Shown here piece after piece: positions 11,125 through 21,907 of a stretch of DNA of 21,907 bases. The notes beneath the pieces are model-generated. The model was not told the origin of the DNA. It saw only the letters and a program-made list of their open reading frames with translations, and searched no databases. The stretch is from Paraglomus brasilianum (lineage: Eukaryota). The translations under genes were made by a program, and so were the position numbers. Position 1 is the first letter of the stretch; each line of letters starts with the position of its first letter. The stretch lies in NCBI GenBank assembly GCA_910592345.1, contig CAJVPI010000021.1, positions 62,001-83,907 on the forward strand. The letters are read 5' to 3'.

Positions 11125-13031
11125 TTATTTTCTCAAAAACAAATCTTTCTTATGCTCAATATTTAAGAATTTCAATGTGTTTATCCCCAACAACTTCTCC
11201 TTATCCTCTTCACTCAGCCAATCACACTGATCGATTAGTTTACCTGGACAATGCTCACCAAGAGGAAACGGATAATCACTTCCGAGCATAATACGATCAA
11301 TGCCCATCTTCTTGACTAGAAATTGGAGAGTGTCCTCATCATGCACCAAAGAGTCGACGAAGATTCGGTTGATGTATTCTCTACAATAGCAATAAATGTG
11401 ATTTGTTACTATCGTATATGTACTTCTAATCAACAAACGACGACGTAATAAAATATTCATCATACATACAAGGGATTTTTTTTTATCTTGACTGCACACA
11501 AGTCAGGCCTGACATTGAACCCGTGGATGATACGCCCAAGCGTAGCCGGAAATGATCCTCCACCATGGGCAAAAGCGACTTTCAATTGAGGATGGCGTTC
11601 GAGCACGCCACCGAATATCAGGGAACAGATGGCTATTGTTGTTTCACATGGCTATTGAAAAAAAAAACCACATAAATGGAAGGGGACGCGATAACAAAGG
11701 AAATAGAACAATGGGATAGAATAACAGAGGTGATGGGTTACCATTCCGACTAGCCTGGGTCATAGGTGTGGTTTATAATAGAGATGAGAACGGTTAGAAT
11801 ACGATGATTTAACTTACGTATGACAATAGAAAAAAAATGGATATACTGAGATACGTAATAATGTATAATAATATTACCATGGAAACCAATATTTTTCCAT
11901 TCTTCCTTTGTTTTCCATATCCTAGTTTCAAATAGTATGAACAGAACCGGTTATTGCTCTTGTTTTCTTAGCACAAAAGAAAACAGATGCCCTCTTGTGT
12001 ATTAGCATGTGTCTTACCCATGGATGCACAAAGACCGCAGCATTGAGTTCTTCGCATGCCTTTTTTGATAGATGAAATACCAATTATGTTACATTTTTTT
12101 CTCATTTGAACCCGTTCTTCTTCTTTCTTCTTCTTTTCCTTCTCATGCATCTGTATCATCATCCCACATCTCCATTCCAATTACCTCCCAGATAGGTTCC
12201 AGTTCTGGAGCATCCAAATTCCAATCATTAATATGGCTTCCTATCTGTATTCCCACCAATCCTAAATCAATAATACATCTTCTCAATTCCTCTACTGCCA
12301 ATTCAGGGGCTTGCATAGGTAATGTGCCTAATCCAACGAACCGTTTAGGGTCCTCGGCACATACTTGTGCAATGTGATCGTTAAGATATCGAGCAAGATC
12401 GAGGGTATGCTGAGGCTTGGCTGAGTAGGAAAACATTACAGGAACCGTCGAGAGAACCTTTGAAAAAAAAAGCAAGGATGAGATCAGAAAAAAGCTTGCG
12501 AGTATAAAGAGTTTGATTGATTGAGAGCACTCTATGAGGACAAGGGCGTAACTAGCTACAAAGATCGTGTTTAGCGTTACGGACAGTTTTAGGAAATTTA
12601 TAACTGTATTAGCTACCTGTACATCAACTCCGGCAGTGTCACACTCTCGTACTCTTTCGTCTGCTGACCAACAGTTGCAACCTATCTCTCTAAAGTTTTT
12701 CCCGTCGAGAAGCATTCGTGCTTTTCCCTGGATTAACATAGCAGAATGTATAAAAGATGCCGAGGATACAATTGCACGCATAATATTGTGATCTTTCTTG
12801 CATTGTAATGTTACTGACTTGTTCATAGTGATCTAGTTGTATCCATCCACCGTACCCGTATTTTCTTTTCAAATCAGGCCAATGTTTCGGCAGAATATGG
12901 CTAAAGTCCAAAAATAAGGATTACATGTTTATCACGATACGAAAGATAGGGTTGACAAAGAATGCATACGTGTGGATGTCTATTTTGAGGCGACGTCTAG
13001 TGTTAACTTGATGGATATCTGGAGCGCTCAT
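11125..13031 (-). CDS. ACMSD: 2-amino-3-carboxymuconate-6-semialdehyde decarboxylase (amidohydrolase 2 family, 354 aa, 9 exons)
   Basis: Exons 13031-12970, 12900-12819, 12727-12617, 12457-12185, 12059-12018, 11921-11878, 11754-11742, 11651-11470 and 11380-11125 (1065 nt). Motifs KIDIHTHILP, LSTVPVMFSY, LGTLPMQAP, FVHPWDM, WLVGMP.ETT, FAHGGGSFP and LGSDYPFPLGE. Confidence 0.96.
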
Positions 13032-13648
13032 TTAGATGGTGCGATCTCGTTCTCCTGAATACGTAGTGGTAGTGGGTAAGTGGTTAGTATTAGTATGGCG
13101 GTGTATGTAGTATGTTATGGTTAAGGAGTCGCTGGCATCAGGTGACCGGAAGGGGTTAAGTTTATTGTGGTACAAAGTTTGGACGTTCGGAGTTTGTTGA
13201 TAATAGCAATAATAATAACAATAATAGTATGTCTTAGTATTAGTTAATAATTAAGGAGAGGCTTTGTTGAATAATATGCGCGGGCACGACCAGATATGCG
13301 ATTTGGATAAGAATGCATGACGTCAGACAACTACTTCGAACGTGTGGCTATGCAATGGAAGATGATATTCAACTAGACATTATTTGGGCATTCCATGTTA
13401 TCATCCTATGATCAATTCATTGTTATTTTAACTACTATTTTATATCACTATTTATCCGTTCTGTGCGCATGCGCCAATGTTGATCTCATGTACAGATTAT
13501 GTTGGACACAGTCGGGGCCCTCTGGTTTATATTTTCTATGTATGATTATGGTTTCAAAGGAGGATTGATATTCCAAATGCAAAAGCAAACTAATGGCGTA
13601 CTTTAAGTGAAAAAGGCAGAGTGAGAGTAGTAGCAATGGCAATAACAA

Positions 13649-13683
13649 AACAAGAACAAGAACAAGAACAAGAACAAGAACAA
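13649..13683. repeat. (AACAAG)n microsatellite, 5 full copies plus a partial one
   Basis: Read directly from the sequence; lies in a low-complexity intergenic tract. Confidence 0.9.
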
Positions 13684-13747
13684 CAGCAATAGCAATGAGC
13701 GACGACGGCAGCATAGTAATTTTAGGTACTGCAGTAATAGTAATAAT

Positions 13748-13821
13748 GTATAGTAATAAAAGTAGTATATAAAATGATAGCAATATAGTAGCGAGTATAG
13801 TAATAAAAGTAGTATATAAAA
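13748..13821. repeat. 27-bp direct repeat GTATAGTAATAAAAGTAGTATATAAAA (2 copies)
   Basis: Copies at 13748-13774 and 13795-13821. Confidence 0.85.
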
Positions 13822-14571
13822 AGACAGTGCTGCGAGTAACAAGTGACTGACAAGTGACAGTAACAGTGACAACAACAGGGTGAGAGATTACATAATATAA
13901 TATCAAGATAACATTATTATTATAACGAAACAAAACCTAGCGTAATCGATATAAAATATATCTGAGCCCGAATGTTTCAGTGGTATGCCGGTAGATGTTA
14001 CACACTTGTCTCATTATGCCTACCGCTATACATTAATAGTTGTTTGTATTACACACATTTATACGTTTATACTCCATATGAATTTCATATGCTAATCGCA
14101 TATCCCCAGTCCAGATCGTCAAATCATTGATTTTCACCCTCATTGTTCCGTCACCATATAACACACACTTTTCTTCAGACTGTCTGTATATAAATTATCT
14201 AAGCCAAACTCCTTATTGGCCAAACATCCACTTTCTCTTCTTCCCACTAGCTTTGGGGGGTGACTACTCGACACTGTCCGTAACACCCCCAAAGAACTAT
14301 TAAAGACGTATACCACTCGATACATCACGCAAAAATATACCTCTACGCGCACACCAACAACCACGTACATACATACATACACACATACATACACGCGCAT
14401 AACATACAACAATATATAATACTCTTATCATTATTATCTCATATAATAATCCGATACTATCAGATATCCATTTAATTCTGAAGCCACCCACTCTCCTTTT
14501 CCATAACTTTATTACGTTTCTCTAACTTCCTGTGGAGGCAAACCCCCACCAGTATATAAATTCTAGTCAAG

Positions 14572-16687
14572 ATGATGAGCATGGTCTCGCCCACGACACC
14601 ACATACTCCAAGGAGCAGACTTACGCTAGACTTGAGCGAATTACCTGTCTCCACTTCTAATAACTCAAGTCCTCCAGTCTCCCCTAGTAGTTATAGCACT
14701 TACAGTGCTCTACCCTCTCCCACACTATCTGGCTCTTGGTCTCAAACTAGGTCTCAAGCTGAGTTGACGGCACTACTCAAGGATGCTTATATCCGTATTA
14801 GAGAAAAAGAAAGAGGTACGAGGTGGTTTGGGAATTGGAAGAGAGGCTAGAGAAGTGACCCTACGAGTACGGGCGGTTGGAAGGAAACGAGTTTGTAAAG
14901 TAATTGAAACGAACTAAGAAATTAAGAAAAACTGGCTGAATTGAACAAATTAGCCGCAGCATTAGGCGTACATTAGATGCATTAACACACAAGACACATT
15001 AGTTACGTAAGACGCAAAAAGGTTTTCGCAAAAAGACAGGATAAAAAAAAAGGCGTTACTTGAACAAATGCGATGCGATGCGATGCGACAATGAAGTATA
15101 GACTTGGTCACAAGAACGAATGGTTATATAATATTCCGTACATATATAATATGTAATATAAGTAGTGAGCGAGTGAGTGAGATAGTGAGAGACTTACTAA
15201 ACTTACGCAGCACGTGGATGTAAAAAAAAAGTAGATCTATCCATTTGTTACGTAACAATTACCCGCTTGCCCGCTTAGTAGTTACGTGCTGGGTTCATCA
15301 TATGACAACAATACAATTTCTAATACATATTCATCTTCTTTTACTTTAAATAACAGACCTCACTCTCGCTGCAGAAATTGGCAAAAGTCTCCTCGACAAT
15401 AACAATGACCTTAAAGCAAAATATGAAGCACTCATGGACCAATTTGAAGAGTTCCAAAAACAACGACAACAAAATTCAAAATTCACTATACAGGCAGCAG
15501 ACAAAACAAATGTCACCAGGCTGGCCCCGCCAAATGGTTCACTCGAAACATTCGAAGAAGAACCAAGTGATTACGAGGACGACGAGAGCGATAACGAATC
15601 CGCTGCTGGTTTCGGCGCATCTCTTCATCCTATCGCACGTTCTCGCTCTCCTAGTCGAGTGCCAATGTATAAGGATTACGAAGATTACAGAGAATTGGAA
15701 ATGAAGAACGCCGAGTTGCAGGCTAAAGTAGATAGTCTTATTTCCGAGGTGCAAGAAAGCGACAGATTACACAAAGCCAAGCAACGAAAGCTTGAAGCCG
15801 AGTTGACGGCATTACAAGACACTTATCAATCCGCTACTCAAAAGATCGAGGATCTTCAGAAAGAAAACGAGCGTCTTCTGCAAAGGCTGCGAAATAGTTT
15901 TTGGGAGTCGCGTAAAGAAAAGAATTCGGAGAACGAGAATGTGATTGAAGAGTTGGCACAAAAAATCCAGGAATTGGACATACAAAATGCAGGCATTGAA
16001 CGAGCAAAAGCAGAAATCGAACGCCGTTTACAACGTACACTACAAGATCTCGAGGCATTCCGTTCACAATGTAATACACTTGAAGACAAGACCAGAGACT
16101 TTTCCAATCTCCAGTTAGCATATCACAAACAGACAGAGCTTGTCAATCAATTGAGTGTATCACTAGAAGAACAGCGGATGATAAATATGGGATTACGAAG
16201 GTCTCGAGCTGGATCGTTTAGCGACAGTGGGTTTATGCACCGATTGAGTGATGCTGCTGACAATTCTGCATTGGCCAGACCCCTGACATCAAAGCGCAGT
16301 CTACTCGAGGAGTTTGAGAGCGAATGGATATCTAATATTAAACGAGATATGAACTGGGGGGATGAATCTCCTCAATTCTCGCCAGTAGCATCTGAAGGCG
16401 ATCTTCGAGAGTTTTTATTGAAGAATGGAGTACAGCCAGATTTTGATGACGATGTCTCTGCCATTGATTATATGTCCGAAGATGAGTTTACCTTTTTGGA
16501 GGAATTCGACGAAGATGACGAGATAGCAATGAGGAGGAGAGAATGGTTCTGGAAGCGATGGATAAGAGCAGTGTATAGATTCTTTAGGTGGATCTGGAGA
16601 TGGATTGAATTCCTTTTCTTATTGGGAGCTGCCGTGGTCTTGGCACTGTATCGTGGACCCGACCATTTATTACCTGGCGACCTATAA
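14572..16687 (+). CDS. Coiled-coil protein with HAP1/BICDR/CDR2-type CC1 box and C-terminal transmembrane segment (524 aa); putative dynein adaptor
   Basis: Exon 1 14572-14815, a 541-nt GT-AG intron, and exon 2 15357-16687. The splice creates IREKER-DLTLAAEIGKSLLDNN. A long heptad-rich region follows, then KRSLLEEFE, an acidic tract, a W/R-rich helix and hydrophobic FLFLLGAAVVLALY close to the stop. Confidence 0.85.
15068..15087. repeat. (ATGCG)4 intronic microsatellite
   Basis: Read directly from the sequence, within the 541-nt intron. Confidence 0.8.
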
Positions 16688-18029
16688 AGATATGACCTGA
16701 CCTATAAAGATGTGATAATTTTATCGAGTGGCTGATATGTGTTCTGTACATATCATTATCAGATCCTACGATTTTCATTCTTTTTATTCAATTATATATC
16801 TTCAACAATTTAGACTTTTTAAATCCAAGCTTTGTAATTCCTATCGTTTTATATATTAAAATGGTTATTTATCGTTTGAGTGTATTGACTTGTATAAATT
16901 TGACGAATAAACCTTTATCCGTGTATTATATCGTTATTGATTCCATGTCGATTGATAGATAGAAAGGTGTTTAGTGATATGAACTGTTCCCACCTTCCCC
17001 CCTATTTCCACCGTACAAGTTTTCAACAAGCTCGTATCCTCTTCGAACAAGATGAATAAGATAATCTCATGACAAAGCGTGGGAATGGTCATGCAAATAC
17101 GCCCCTTGCCAAAGTTTGAATGCTGAATGCCGATCATCCGACATCTGACTAGCACGTTCCTGCGACCTTTTTTTTCCTACATGCCATGATTCATGATTAA
17201 CCGATTGCGGACAAGTGGGAAATAGTCGAGTATCGAAAGGAATGGCTAACAAGAACAATATAATATAATGCAGATAGTGTACACTGCACTGCATAGTTGT
17301 GGTTTTAATAGTAGTTACTAATTGAGGAAAAGAAGAGCGGTTATCATTCCGTCATTCAACTCCAACGCCCATGCTTTATCCTAAACATTCAAAACAGCGG
17401 AATTGCTTGTAAACGCTGGAAAGAAACGTCGAGTACGTAAGTAATATGACCAAGTTAGTGACTTGCGTCGGTGCCTTTTTATGAATCGTTCGATTAGATG
17501 AAGAGCAAAAAAAAAAGAAATGTAAAATACATAGGTGATACATTTGTCACGCAAATTTCCCTTTAATGGTTGACTGCTTTTATTGGTAAGAAAAACTCGA
17601 TTTTTTAATGTTTATTGGTAAAGTTTGATGTTGTGCTCGAAAGTAATCACGACACCGATGTCTTTCGCCCGTTAGAATTCTCCATGTTTAGAGAACAAGA
17701 AATTACACGAACGTAGAGTAGAAAACTTGTAATAATAACAAGCTTTGTGTGAAGCGTAAAAAAATCCAGCTTGTTGAATTAATTAGCGTTTTGCCAGACA
17801 CGTTTCAACTTGTAACTAAAAAGGTTAGAAAGGGAATGCGCAGAGAGAATGTTTCGTCGTATTTATAAGTTTCATGTAAATTGGATATTTGGTTCTATCA
17901 CATGACGATTGAGGTAGACGCGAATTTCTGAAATATCAAGACTCGAAAAAGAAAAAAAGAATCAAGAGCACAAATCGTATAGCCTTGAGTTTGTCTACAT
18001 ATCAATAATATAAAGTTATACTTTCTAAT

Positions 18030-18444
18030 CTGAGAATAACTATTGCTCTGTCTAAATGTTCAAAAGTGCTAGACTGGCTTATAAGAATTTCAGATTTCAA
18101 TCCAGTTGGGCAATTATGAAGAGAATAGAAGATGACTAAATGCCTTGTTACAAAAAAATAACTGGTCCAAAATTTTCCAAGAGAAAAACAGGAATTAATT
18201 GATAGATCGCTTCGACTTAACTTATTAATGGCGTGTGCCTGTTTTATATATGTGTGTTTGATATGTGTTTGTATGTGTTTTATAACACTCATGCCTAGAC
18301 ATATTGGCAATCTAATTACAGGAAAATTAAACGCCAAAATTTTATATACATGTTTATTTTACACAATATTCAAGCCAAAATCCAACTGTTAGTTGTTGAA
18401 CTCAAACTGATTGGTAATATTCATTACTTTTGCAATGCACTGTA
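18030..18444 (+). mobile_element. Degenerate Tc1/mariner transposon 3' fragment with right terminus
   Basis: Plus-strand KVLDWLIRISDFNPVGQL* resembles the Tc1 motif VLDWPxQSPDLNPIENLW. It is followed by frameshifted WSKIFQE / QELIDRSLRL. The fragment ends in TTACTTTTGCAATGCACTG-TA, the reverse complement of a Tc1-type TA-CAGTGCATTGCAAAAGT terminus. Confidence 0.6.
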
Positions 18445-19499
18445 AATGGCTCACAATGACTTTTTTTGCGTCGACATCGTAACTTTCGTTCACTTTATGT
18501 GCGCGTGACACGGTAATGCACTGCAAATGTATTTATCAATGATACGGTAATACAGCGTATTGATTATGTACCTCAACTACAAGATACAAACGTGAAAAAT
18601 TTGTATAGACACGATAATCAAAAAGTGTAAAATGGTTCAAAGGCGCATACGAAGATTATAGAGCCATTAAATAATTAAGATCATGTGGATTTTCTAGCAG
18701 GTGAGAAATAATTTATTCATTGACAGCTCTTTTATATGATTGCTTGATTATAAGAACCAATAGATAGAATACAATTGTTGAATGACGTCAGTCAAAATAA
18801 TGATAGCGGCTCTTGTTGATCATGTTGACAGTTTGACAGTTGAATTATAAACGGCTATCATAATAACTTATTTTATTGGATAACGGGAATTGAATAACAG
18901 GATCTTATCAAGTATCATATCAGTCGAACATACATCGAAATTGGAACTTGATATTAAACAATATACAGTTACTACGAGATAGAAAATAACGTTCATTCTA
19001 CAAAGATCAGTACAATGAAAGCTGTCTTGGTAGAATGTTTTTTTTCCTTGGTCATACTATAAATCGCATAAAGTTGCATGAATTTGAGATAAACAATACT
19101 TACTAGTTCCCCTAATACTAAATACGACCATTTCCGAACCCCGATAATGTCTATCTGCGTGGGAAAACGTGATGTCGTGGAAAACCACGTGTAAATGATT
19201 TTACCTCGTGGCAAAGCAAAATCGGTCGTTATATGCCCGTATAGTAGTCATATAGAGACCATAATATGTTATACATTTCGGTCGTTATAACAGCGGAGTT
19301 AAATATTCAATGAATATCACTATTATGCTAGCAATAACATTCTTTTACTATTTGTTCAAGTGCTTAGCATGTAAATTTCCCTCTTTCTCTTTATTAGAAA
19401 AGTACTCATTCATCATATGTATCTAACAGGACAGTGAAAAGACGTAAAAATGGATTTGGGTAGAGAGGAAATTTTTTGTAGCTCTATTCTATATCATGA

Positions 19500-20340
19500 A
19501 TATGATCTTTGGTTTTTTGTCTTAATATAGTATCGAATTCTGAGTATTCGCCATTAAAACTATCTCCCTGCTGTTCCAAAAATAACAATGCCCGATTTAG
19601 AACGGTTTCTCCTTCCTTCATCTTCTTTGATACTAAATTCGCCTTCTGAATCCGATTCTACAGCACACTGTAATCCCATAGCCTGTGCAGTTATCTCTTC
19701 ATCAGTCAATGCTTCTTCCGTAATGAGCAATTATCAATAGATATGTATTTAATTCATTAATTACCTGTTGAAATAGTCGAGCATTCTCTTTGGTGTTCTG
19801 CTTGAAGCAGTGACAAACTCTAGTTTTGCGCCAGCAGTTTATGATAGTATTTGGCTCATGGCGTAACCTTCATCCAGGCCTCTGCAACATTATATATGGC
19901 ATGCTTAATATTGTACTCGAGAACCTCACCTGTACCATTTTCGTCAAGTTGATACGTTGTTGAATGAATGGTTTTCTGTATTGAGCCTTGAAACTTGCAT
20001 CACATGGCTGGATGACTGAAGCCATATTTGATGCAAAGAAGCGAATAGTAATGTTGGTGAGTTTACTATCAGGATTGAATTTATGTACTGGAGCATTGTC
20101 AAGTAGCATCGGACGATTAGCTTTTCTCATTTCCGCATCAAACTTTCTTAACCAATCGTTAATCTTCGATTTGTTTTGTTTATGTCCACTCAATTTGCGA
20201 TCCGATAATGTGCGTAATGGTTCCATGGCCCAATAAGGCCGGCATTGAATTCCACCGAGTTGGTTCTTCTTGAATGGACCGCCTTTCCTCAACCACTAAT
20301 TCTTGATTGCTGCTTCAGCATGGAATTGAAACGTGTCACT
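19500..20340 (-). mobile_element. Degenerate pogo/Tigger (CENP-B-like, DDE_1) transposase remnant
   Basis: FHAEAA, YWAMEPLRTL..LSGHKQNKSKI, DWLRKFDAEM..LLDNAPVH..LTNITIRFF..N..SVIQPCD.SFKAQYRK, then frameshifted AIYNVAEAWMKVT and LLFLEQQ. Frameshifts and deletions are present; boundaries are approximate. Confidence 0.88.
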
Positions 20341-21629
20341 AACGTTTATTATTACAGAAAGATCGCTCGCGAGAGAAGATTACCTCTTTCGGAATGGGCG
20401 ACATCAAAATACTATAGTTATACTAATAACCTAAATTCATCATATAACAAGAGCTAAAATTGGCGTTTGAATTCAACGGGTCCCATCATTATTATCGCGA
20501 CCTTACAAAGTGGGAACCCGATGAATATCATCTTCCAAGGATACATTAGATGACATACTGGAAAATTTCGAAGCAGAAATAGACGCACATACTATCGGAA
20601 TTTAGATCATCTTGTGCTGGAATGTAATTTTTGTCTTGAATCAGCAATATATGACGGAAATCTGATGGAAAGACGTGACATATATCGACTCCACCTCGAG
20701 TGTCTCGTGCATTATATGGCAACCTACGTCTTGATCTTTTATGGGCATGGAATATTAATTAATTATCTCGGGGGAATTATCGTCACATTGCCATAGATTA
20801 AAAAAAATACTTCTTCCAGGGTCTTGTCGAACGCCTATCATTTGAATTGGAAGATGGAAGGATTGTTTCCTCCACAACTCCTGAACGCGATCCACCCGAC
20901 GAAATGAAGACACCGAAGAGATTTTGTTTGTTACATGCATACTTTATCACCGATCGTTGTTCAAACGTCAAATTCAGCTTGATGTGAAATAAAAAATGAA
21001 CGCCTTAGAGGCTATGTAGAGATTACAATTACTAAAGTTAGTCCAATATCACAAAATGAACAACACAATGCATAATTCTTTATCGAGTCGATTTCACAAT
21101 CAATCTTTTCTCTGCGGTTGACTATAGTCTAACGTCTCTAATTTTCTTTCTTTCTTGTAATAGTAATTCACGACGAAATTAGCGTAGACTGCTTAATTTC
21201 TCGCATGAAAACGTTCAAGTCGGCTTTGCTGAAATAAATTGCAAGTAGTATTGATAAGTATATTTGGAAATACTTTTTGCTTGCCGAGTTAGTCTAATAA
21301 TAAATTGTCTCCGATTGAATAGAGATGTTCTTCTACGTACAGACATGTCCGACAAATACATGATAAAATACATTAAATAGAAATTGCCAATTAACTATAC
21401 AGTATAATAATGGTGGGCATAGCTCGCAGGATTGTTTTCTTATACTTCGCAGACGCAGTAATCACATGACTAAGACAAAATGCATAATGTGCTATAATGA
21501 TGTAATAGGATAAGTATCATGTTACACAACTTGTATTTCCTGATATGGCAAGTCTGCCGGTTATTACTGTTTGAACAGAACTTCCCATTGTGATCAACCC
21601 CTGTTGACCTCTCTTTTTATTTTTGCATA

Positions 21630-21907
21630 ATGGCTTTCCTGAGCGACGAAAAGAAATTGGAAATAATCACAAAATTCTTACTAGATAGTCCTCCAGGAGA
21701 AGTTAATGATGTATTTAATGGTATGTATATGAACGTCTTTGAGCCAAGCCTCATGGGTAACGATGATGGATTGAAATATTTCGATCACATTAACTAATTT
21801 TTTAATCGTAGACGTTAGGTCGCTTATGAACAATCCCGTAGTTTTTCAAGAAGGCATCCTTACGGCTTTAGAACAATATAACACGGAACAATTTGTTACA
21901 GTCACGC
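21630..21907 (+). CDS. CAP1: F-actin capping protein subunit alpha (5' part; continues beyond the window)
   Basis: Exon 1 21630-21720, intron GTATGT..TAG 21721-21811, exon 2 from 21812. Translation [48 protein letters not shown] contains the PPGE..VFNDVR signature. Confidence 0.95.

Noticed and set aside
13318..13325. CRE-like TGACGTCA upstream of ACMSD (also at 18783), and CCAAT boxes near the respiratory genes
   Set aside because: Short motifs that can occur by chance; no supporting evidence.
13448..14491. Hydrophobic ORFs 13448-13933, 13603-13875, 14140-14412 and 14300-14491
   Set aside because: Artefacts of low-complexity and microsatellite sequence in the divergent promoter region.
16601..16687. 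KASH domain at the C-terminus of the coiled-coil protein
   Set aside because: The tail YRGPDHLLPGDL lacks the terminal PPPx motif, so I call it only tail-anchored.
16679..16711. Duplication of GACCTATAAAGAT around the stop codon
   Set aside because: A real 13-bp local duplication with no evident functional consequence.
20450..21250. Short ORFs 20614-20796 (+) and 20755-20940 (-)
   Set aside because: No recognisable motifs or consistent splice model.
14572..21907. Functional cluster of dynein adaptor and capping protein (a dynactin subunit)
   Set aside because: The genes are about 5 kb apart with transposon debris between; there is no synteny evidence and proximity is probably chance.

Overview
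AT-rich, intron-containing eukaryotic DNA, most likely from an early-diverging fungus (Mucoromycota in the broad sense; inferred from gene content and GT-AG intron style, not proven). By splicing exons by hand I can support nine protein-coding genes: a secreted PL38/alginate-lyase-family polysaccharide lyase (runs off the left edge), a Crinkler-like protein with a PD-(D/E)xK nuclease domain, mitochondrial Rieske protein RIP1, Polycomb SUZ12, kinetochore CENP-W, complex I subunit NDUFB2, ACMSD, a long coiled-coil protein with a C-terminal membrane anchor, and the start of actin capping protein alpha. The ORF track contains none of the lyase catalytic exon, CENP-W or capping protein alpha, and only a fragment of NDUFB2. 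Two decayed DNA transposons (Tc1-like and pogo/Tigger-like) lie at 18-20.3 kb. The best novelty candidate is the coiled-coil protein at 14572-16687: once spliced it has a CC1-box (AAxxG) and a Spindly-like motif typical of dynein-dynactin activating adaptors, plus its own tail anchor. All homology calls come from motif recognition; no searches were run.
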